A stretch of DNA of 41,333 nt, from assembly GCF_001194135.2 (NCBI RefSeq), contig NC_068984.1, positions 17,774,705-17,816,037 on the forward strand, given 5' to 3'. The DNA comes from Octopus bimaculoides. Lineage: Eukaryota. A model generated the notes under the pieces. It saw only the letters and a program-made list of their open reading frames with translations, did not search any database and had not been told where the DNA came from. This document shows, piece by piece, positions 34,728 through 41,333 of the stretch (positions within the stretch are counted from its first letter, which is position 1; each line of letters opens with the position of its first letter). A program made the translations under genes and the position numbers.

Positions 34728-35440
34728 CTTTTATATATATGTATATAGATATATTGATAGAAAGGACAGCAAAAGAAAGAAAGAGACCTTGATATTATGT
34801 AAATAGAGGAATTTATCTGTAAAAATATGACAATTATTCGGTAGCCATGATAAAACTCCGAGTTTCGGATGCCAGGGCAGAAACCCACACTGCCATCTCT
34901 TCAGTTATCTGGCCATTGAAAATTACTATGAAAATGGGGTCATTTATTTTATTTGCTTTGCGGGAAGGACTTCCAACGAAGTCGCGTATTGTGCTTGCCT
35001 TCAAAATGCAGAGTAGATGGAACAGGGACAACTGACAAAGGATTATACTCTTTATGTTGCATGTCTCGTTTCTATGTTTGTTTTTTTCGTTGTTCAAAAA
35101 AAGTTCGTTTTCTGTTTTTTGTAATAAAGAGAGTCTTTTTACTAATTCATTGGCTACATGTTGCATCGTCCCTGAATTGATAAAGGAGAAAAATTCTGAA
35201 GCTTAGATTTTTGTTATTGGCACAAATGTTGATGTGTTGGCTGAATGCTATTTTCCTGTTTTGGGGAATTTTGATCTGGGATCTGTGCAGAGCCATCCCT
35301 TTATGTAGACTGTTTTTTGTTAGGCCTATGTATTACTCTTGACACCCAGAGCAGGTTAGTGCGTATATCAGGTTCTCTGAAGTACATGTGAAGTTGCTTT
35401 TCACTGTGAAACGTTGTCCTTGTTTGAAGGAGTCTCAATG
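34728..35440 (-). mobile_element. Penelope-like retroelement 3' end: GIY-YIG endonuclease remnant, 3' UTR with hammerhead, (TA)n end
   Basis: Minus frame reads FTVKSNFTCTSENLIYALTCSGCQE*YIGLTKNSLHKGMALHRSQIK (FTC from 35392, stop 35335-33, YIG 35332-24): the PLE C..S.N.IY...C..C...YIG.T......H pattern. Confidence 0.88.
34845..34912 (-). ncRNA. Type I hammerhead ribozyme (Penelope-associated, palindromic helix III)
   Basis: CCAGAUAA-CUGAAGA-GAUG...CAUC-C-GAAAC-UCGGA-GUU-UUAUC-A-UGG; helix I GAUAA/UUAUC plus CCA/UGG; helix II GAUG/CAUC and GGCAG/CUGCC; helix III AACUC-G-GAGUU. Confidence 0.75.
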
Positions 35441-35749
35441 ACTGAAACCGGTTGATAAAATGAAAGATCAGCTCATATAGAAATAATGAGAAAGTAATGA
35501 ATGATTATGAAGATCAACATTATTTCAATATAGGTGCAGGCATGGCTGTGTGGTTATCTCTTTTGTAAAAAAACTTGCCTGAGAATCATCTCTGATTCTA
35601 TGACAGAAACTTCCTGTCTTAAAGTGATCTAAATTAAAATCTTTCAAAAATTTCACTCATTTATTTCAAATACCAGCTTAATTATGACAAATACAGGAAA
35701 GAATATGGGATCAGGAAGTACTTTATAACGTTACACTTCAAGGGAAGAA

Positions 35750-36480
35750 CAATTGAGAAAGAGTTTTATTATAAGATGTGGGAGGATGAAATAACAAGGA
35801 TGATGAGAAGATGATGAGTTGAGTTAACAGCAGTAAGAGAATTAGAACTGAAATGATAGCTTGCCAGTTCAGTGAAAGAGGAAGTCTTATAATAGTGCTT
35901 GTTGGAAAAGACAAGGGGTGGATACAAAATATTGGTGGTGTCATGGTTAGAATATCGAACTTTTGACTGTAAGTTGGATTGATTTTATATAACATTATAA
36001 AATATCTGTGTTTATACCAACTCTACAATCACAAATATGTAGTGTTTGTTCTTTATGGAAGTATATTTGAGGGTAGAGTCATGATTACAGCAGTGGTATG
36101 TGACCATCATGAATGGTTAGGAAAGATAGTAATGTAAATAGTAGGTTCTGTGGAAGCTAGTGATGGTCTGCATCGGTAAATAGTGAGTATAAACAGATCA
36201 AAAGTGGAATAAATTGGTTTGCTGTGAGGAAGTAGGAAAAGTTTAATGTTTTATGCAGGAATCTTTGTCAGTGAGAATCTATATAAAATGTTTTTTGATG
36301 TCACTGAATAAATACATTGGCAGTAGCAGAGAGAGAAAAACAAACAGAAAGTGGTGAAGACTGATGGAGGTAATAGGGGTAGAAGTGAAAATAATGAGCC
36401 AGAGCAGAGGGGGAGGTCACAAGGTAAAACACTAGATATTAGTAGTAGGGGAAGTTGGGGGTAGGGCTTAGCTAACTACT
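35750..36480 (-). pseudogene. Purine-biased, very decayed retroelement-like tract, possibly older PLE RT
   Basis: Composition like 20440-20860; only faint motif echoes and no clean frame. Confidence 0.2.
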
Positions 36481-37036
36481 CTTGACTGTGACTTCTAGCA
36501 TTATCCAGGGTCTGTTACTTTGTCATTTCTTCATTCCTGCAGGACTTTTACACTTAATACCTGATTATCATGCTAGATTATTTACTGAACGATATCACAA
36601 ATTCCCTTTCTTCTTTATTCACTTTGTATCCAGTTAAATACATGTGAATCTAATAATATAAGTCAGACCTCATATCCACCTAAAAAAAGAAAAGCTTATT
36701 GTCTAGCCCTAGGTCAACTTTAGTTCAGGAGACCTGTGATCAAAAGCAGTCTACCAACACCTAATTATCTTGCTAGATTCGCTGTAGGATACCTCCAATT
36801 CTCCTTCTCATTTATATCTAGTTAAATACATTTGAACCCAATGTAAGTCAGACCTCGTATCTGCCTAAAACAAGGTTGCTGTTTAGCCCAAGGCCAGGAT
36901 ACCGATGATCAAAAGTATTACAATTTTGATCATGCTATTTTTTAAGGGGTGTCTAGGTCTTAAAGTTAAGAAAAATTCAAAGTCTTTTTCAAGCCGACAT
37001 GCCCATAAGCTGGACCTTATCCCTTTTGCCATGGCC

Positions 37037-37200
37037 TTTAACTCTTCTGATACCAATCTGCCTGAAATGACCCTTGATTCTATGATACAATTCGTATTTT
37101 AAAATTATGTAAGTTAAAACCTTTTTTTCAAAATTTCATGTTAATCTAAACAATAACAAATTTATTTCAATAATTTCTACATTATTTCCAAATTAAGATA
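37037..37200. mobile_element. Old relic of TTAA MITE type 2, reverse orientation
   Basis: TTAACTCTTCTGATACCAA matches the reverse complement of the 14868 terminus; a similar relic lies at about 35557-35680. Confidence 0.45.
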
Positions 37201-37329
37201 AAATAAGCTCCTAGCAGTTTGCTGTGCTTGAAAAGACATGTCAAGCTAAATAAAGGTGTGGTTGTCTTTGCATACAGGTTGTCCCCTGCATCCTTCTCCA
37301 GCTCAGCATTCCTAACCTTGACGGCTTGT

Positions 37330-37570
37330 GGGTGCTGGTGTCACCTAAAATGTACCTGTCAGTACCATGTAAATGCACCCATGCCAGTGCTGTGTAAAAG
37401 CACCCAGTACACTCTGTAAAGTGGTTGGCATTAGGAAGGGCATCCAACTGTAGAACCCATGTCAAAACAGACATGGAGCTCCCCAGCTGACCAGCTCCTG
37501 TCAAACAATCAAACTTATTCCAGCAAAGAAAACAGATGTTAAATGATGATGATGATAATGATGATGATGA
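37330..37570 (+). mobile_element. Family B 3' end, older subfamily
   Basis: GTAAAAGCACCCAGTACACTCTG..GTGGTTGGCATTAGGAAGGGCATCC...GATGTTAAAT(GAT)n. Confidence 0.75.
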
Positions 37571-37694
37571 AAGCAGTGTATTTTCAGCAGAAATAGTGTA
37601 ACAAAAGGTTTAAGTTCTATATTTAAGAGATGAAGAATTATGTACATTATTTACATTATTTACATTTGACGGATATTTGTCCTCATCTTGTTTG

Positions 37695-37748
37695 TTGTTA
37701 ACACAATGTTTCAGCTGATATACCCTCCAGCCTTCATCAGGTGTCTTG
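37695..37748 (-). ncRNA. Minimal hammerhead ribozyme motif, copy 1
   Basis: GACAC-CUGAUGA-A-GGCUG-GAGGGUAUAU-CAGCU-GAAAC-AUU-GUGUU; helix I GACAC/GUGUU; position 16.2 is A rather than G. Confidence 0.6.
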
Positions 37749-37797
37749 GGGAACTTTCGAACCTGGGGTCTCATTCCTAAGGTATTTTTCGATGTTG

Positions 37798-37847
<50 letters not shown>

Positions 37848-37880
37848 ATTATTACTATTATTATTTTTATTATTATTATT

Positions 37881-38087
37881 CGTTGCCAGTACCGCCTGAC
37901 TGGCCTTCATGCCGGTGGCACGTAAAAGCACCCACTACACTCTCGGAGTGGTTGGCAGGGCATCCAGCTGTAGAAACTCTGCCAAATCAGATTGGAGCCT
38001 GGTGTAGCCATCTGGTTCACCAGTCCTCAGTCAAATCGTCCAGCCCATGCTAGCATGGAAAGCGGACGTTAAACGATGATGATGATG

Positions 38088-38089
<2 letters not shown>
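37881..38089 (+). mobile_element. Family B 3' end inserted in (ATT)n
   Basis: Young, CpG-rich copy; (GAT)n tail runs into the resumed (ATT)n. Confidence 0.88.
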
Positions 38090-38113
<24 letters not shown>

Positions 38114-38118
<5 letters not shown>

Positions 38119-38180
38119 TCACTGCCTGGAATCGAACTCGGAATCTTGGAGTTAGTAACCCGCGCTCTTAACCACTATGC
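38114..38180 (-). promoter_or_regulatory. tRNA-like Pol III internal promoter (A and B boxes)
   Basis: GGCATAGTGGTTAAGAGCGC...CCGAGTTCGATTCCAGG; A box TAGTGGTTAAG, B box GAGTTCGATTCC; no intact cloverleaf. Confidence 0.7.
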
Positions 38181-38229
38181 CAAGACACCTGATGAAGGCT
38201 GGAGGGTATATCAGCCGAAACATTGTGTT
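38181..38229 (+). ncRNA. Minimal hammerhead ribozyme motif, copy 2 (inverted)
   Basis: CAAGACAC-CTGATGA-A-GGCTG-GAGGGTATAT-CAGCC-GAAAC-ATT-GTGTT. Confidence 0.6.
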
Positions 38230-38259
38230 AACAACAAACAAGATGAGGACAAATATCCA

Positions 38260-38576
38260 TCATCATCATCATCATCATCGTTTAACGTCCGCTTTCCATG
38301 CTAGCATGGGTTGGACGATTTGACTGAGGACTGGTGAAACCGGATGGCAACACCAGGCTCCAGTCTGATTTGGCAGAGTTTCTACAGCTGGATGCCCTTC
38401 CTAACGCCAACCACTCAGAGAGTGTAGTGGGTGCTTTTACGTGTCACCCGCACGAAAACGGCCACGCTCGAAATGGTGTCTTTTATGTGCCACCCGCACA
38501 AGCCAGTCCAGGGGCACTGGCAACGATCGCGCTCGAAAATCCTACAGGAGCCAGTCAGGCGGTACTGGCAACGGCC
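38260..38576 (-). mobile_element. Family B 3' region inserted into the inverted arm
   Basis: (CAT)n tail; the interrupted arm resumes as ATGTAAATAA at 38577. Confidence 0.88.
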
Positions 38577-39320
38577 ATGTAAATAAAAGGTTTAAGTGAC
38601 TGACAGTATCAGACTCCATCCCTGAATGAGAAATTAGTCCACTGTGAGGTTAAATCCCATCTCAGGTGATGCAGCAGTGCACATTTTATAATGAGCAGAC
38701 TGTGGCATCACGAAATGCAGAGCTTCTCTCAAGGAAATAATGCACCACCTGGTAAAAGAATGGAACCTATGATTTTATGATCATTAGCCCAGCACCCTAA
38801 CCACTTGTCTAACTACCTTGTAATTTGAGCGAAACAGTCACTCAATCTGCAAAAAAATTAGCGACCAAATCTCTTTGAAATCCTGTCTTATCATCATCAT
38901 CATCATCCAGTGTTTTAAATCCTGGTTTTGTCCCCGTTAACAGGGGTGGCTGGCTCTACCTCAATGTCATAGCAACTGAGGTAGGCAGGTACAGCCCACC
39001 CCAACCTTNNNNNNNNNNCCCCGTTAACAGGGGTGGCTGGCTCTACCTCAATGTCATAGCAACTGAGGTAGGCAGGTACAGCCCACCCCAACCTTTGGGC
39101 TGGTTGGTGCCCATTCTCCTTTGCTATCATGAGGCTCTTTTAGAGCTGGATTTTCTATGGGGAGTATGCCCTTGCTTACCCCCAGCCTCAGTTTCTAGAC
39201 ATGAGTGGTCCCAAGACCAAGGCGTCTATCACGATTTTTAAGAAATATGATGGAAAACTAGCTCAGGAACGCAGGGATGCTACTCCCTGAGACCCCTTTC
39301 GGAGTCCCCCTACCGAAGAT

Positions 39321-39543
39321 TTTACATTCAGATTACCCTGTCAAATATAATGCTTGTATGTTCACATTGCTTTGAATTAGTCAAGCATTATCATATAACT
39401 TCCAGATTTCAATGATGTCATTGTTTATTTTTAGAATGACATTGTTGGGTAGGTGTGAGAGGCTAGATCTGGCCAATTTGAATATAAAACAGGTAAAATA
39501 TTATTCAGGCCAGATATGGTTGTTTTAAATGCTAAAGAGTTAA
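39321..39543. mobile_element. TTAA-ended MITE, type 3 (left end eroded)
   Basis: Ends AAATGCTAAAGAG-TTAA; left end TTTACATTCAG is a partial inverted match. Confidence 0.45.
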
Positions 39544-39984
39544 AGTAAGAAGGGCACATGGAGTAATCCAGTCCCAGCTACACAAAAAGGATAGGATGAT
39601 CACAATTTAAATGTTTTGATCATGGGCCTGCTCAACTAAATCTGACCGCAACATTAACAACATCAACGACTACAAAGCAATTATGTAATTTTGTTATTTC
39701 TGATCTCATTTAAAACCTTCGAAATTCATGCAAATTTATGTAAATTCATGTAAATTCATGTAAATTCAAACATTTGTCATCAGAAAAATATATAATTTTC
39801 CTCATCGTCCCACTCTCTTACATACATAGGATAAATACAGCTAAACTAATATCATTTTATGTGTGTTCCTTAAGCATAATTATCTATATCAAATTAGACA
39901 TTTATTACTTTTCTAATTAGCTTGAGATAATTAGAACCCTACATTTTCACAAAATATTAAATTATCTTTGGCTTAAGACCTTTC

Positions 39985-40032
<48 letters not shown>

Positions 40033-40321
40033 CATGGGCATATATGTATGCATATATATATGCATATATGTATGCATGCAAGTGTGTATGTATGTATGTA
40101 TGTATGTATATGAACATACATTTGAATACACATGCATACATATCTAAACATTTATAACTTTGCGTTAGTAAATTGGATTATTTCTTCAGAACTTAAAACT
40201 TTTGTGTGACAAATTTCCTTTTGGCATGTGGTGAACCAATCTACCAGTAAAAAAAAAATCATAAAAGACACTCATATTCCTAACAATATTTATATCAAGC
40301 TCTTGAAAATACAACCAACTA

Positions 40322-40472
40322 TATCATCATCGTTTAACGTCTGTTTTCCATGCTGGCATGGGTTGGACGGTTAGACTGGGGTCTGGGAAGCCAGGAGGCT
40401 GCACCAGGCACCAATCTTATCTGATAGTGTTTCTACAGCTGGATGCCCTTCCTAACGCCAACCACTCTGAGA

Positions 40473-40476
<4 letters not shown>
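40322..40476 (-). mobile_element. Family B 3' end
   Basis: CATCATCGTTTAACGTCTGTTTTCCATGCTGGCATGGGTTGGAC...CCCTTCCTAACGCCAACCACTCTGAGAGTG. Confidence 0.85.
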
Positions 40477-40510
<34 letters not shown>

Positions 40511-40710
40511 NNNNNNNNNNNNNNNNNNNNNNNNNNNNNNNNNNNNNNNNNNNNNNNNNNNNNNNNNNNNNNNNNNNNNNNNNNNNNNNNNNNNNNNNNN
40601 NNNNNNNNNNNNNNNNNNNNNNNNNNNNNNNNNNNNNNNNNNNNNNNNNNNNNNNNNNNNNNNNNNNNNNNNNNNNNNNNNNNNNNNNNNNNNNNNNNNN
40701 NNNNNNNNNN

Positions 40711-40903
40711 GCTAGAAGAAGACCACCTACGGTCTGACCACTAAGAAAAGATTGTTCTCAAGAAAATTCAGCAAACACCAGAACATATCTTTTCATTTGT
40801 CTTGCTCGCTTACGTTTCTTGAGAACAATCTTTTCTTAGTGGTCAGACCGTAGGTGGTCTTCTTCTAGTAAAATGGATGTCCACTTAGTGGTCATCCCTC
40901 TTA
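40711..40903. mobile_element. Fold-back MITE, left end lost in gap
   Basis: Perfect 54-bp inverted repeat 40712-40765 / 40815-40868; outer end GGATGTCCACTTAGTGGTCATCCC shared with 41129-41327. Confidence 0.75.
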
Positions 40904-40908
40904 TATAT

Positions 40909-41130
40909 ATGTAATATAATTTTTTCTGAATCTTCAGATTTTTCAATTTGTTAGGCCACTGGTTTTAAATTGATATTAATCAAATTAATATTCAATTTTT
41001 CACCCTTATTATTTAAATTTATATATATATATATTTATATACTGAGGGTGATAAAGTGAATATTAATTTCAATTTAAAACCAATGGTCTAGCATATAAAA
41101 ATCTGATAATTCAGAAAAATTGTATTACAT
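40909..41130. repeat. AT-rich imperfect palindrome (fold-back element) centred on (TA)n
   Basis: ATGTAATATAATTTTTTCTGAAT...TTTTAAATTGA...TCACCCT mirrored by AGGGTGA...TCAATTTAAAA...ATTCAGAAAAATTGTATTACAT. Confidence 0.7.
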
Positions 41131-41327
41131 GCGTATAACAAGGAATGACCACTACGTGAACATCCGATATGCTAGAAAAAGGTCATCAACGACTCAACCA
41201 CAAAGAAAAATAATGTTCTCCAGAAAAAAAAATCCAGCAAACACAAGAGCATAGGCAGTTGGATCGTTGATGACCTCTTTCTAGCATATTGGATGTCCAC
41301 CTAGTGGTCATCCCTTCTTATACGCAT
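41129..41327. mobile_element. Fold-back MITE, same outer TIR family as 40711-40903
   Basis: ~65-bp imperfect arms ATGCGTATAA...GACCACTACGTGAACATCCGATATGCTAGAAAAAGGTCATCAACGA and TCGTTGATGACCTCTTTCTAGCATATTGGATGTCCACCTAGTGGTC...TTATACGCAT. Confidence 0.75.
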
Positions 41328-41333
41328 ATATAT

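Larger units (their letters stand above)
37616..38584 (-). mobile_element. tRNA-headed, hammerhead-bearing non-autonomous element with inverted 5' duplication (candidate Penelope-dependent SINE), carrying two nested family B insertions
   Basis: 13-bp TSD AAAAGGTTTAAGT at 37603-37615 and 38585-38597; 83-bp inverted repeat 37667-37749 / 38180-38262; tRNA-like head 38180-38114 on the minus strand. Confidence 0.75.

Noticed and set aside
38114-38180. tRNA gene
   Set aside because: A and B boxes are present but acceptor and T stems do not pair; it is a SINE-type head
38931-39095. Exact 78-bp tandem duplication around a 10-N gap
   Set aside because: Identical copies on either side of a minimal gap indicate an unmerged contig overlap, i.e. 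an assembly artefact
39721-39768. 10-bp tandem repeat (TAAATTCATG) x ~5
   Set aside because: Short AT-rich slippage repeat with no supporting context

Overview
Eukaryotic, AT-rich, repeat-saturated DNA from a gapped short-read assembly; most N-runs sit next to microsatellites. The repeat landscape looks like a coleoid cephalopod (Octopus-like) genome, which is my inference and was not checked against a database. I cannot support any intact protein-coding gene, and nearly all ORFs in the supplied track are microsatellite or gap artefacts. The window contains: (i) two tRNA-derived SINE families, called A and C here; (ii) many 3' ends of an RTE-clade LINE family, called B, plus one decayed RTE ORF; (iii) a full-length decayed DD41D/rosa-like Tc1/mariner with TA TSDs and two mariner (DD34D-like) 3' halves; (iv) a Penelope-like element 3' end with a GIY-YIG remnant and a hammerhead ribozyme; (v) an R4/Dong-like fragment inside a (CATA)n tract; (vi) TTAA-flanked and fold-back MITEs and a mini-Helitron. 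The most unusual object is at 37603-38597: a TSD-bounded element joining a tRNA-like Pol III head to a Penelope-type hammerhead module, with an inverted 5' copy of that module. It is a candidate Penelope-mobilised, ribozyme-bearing SINE.
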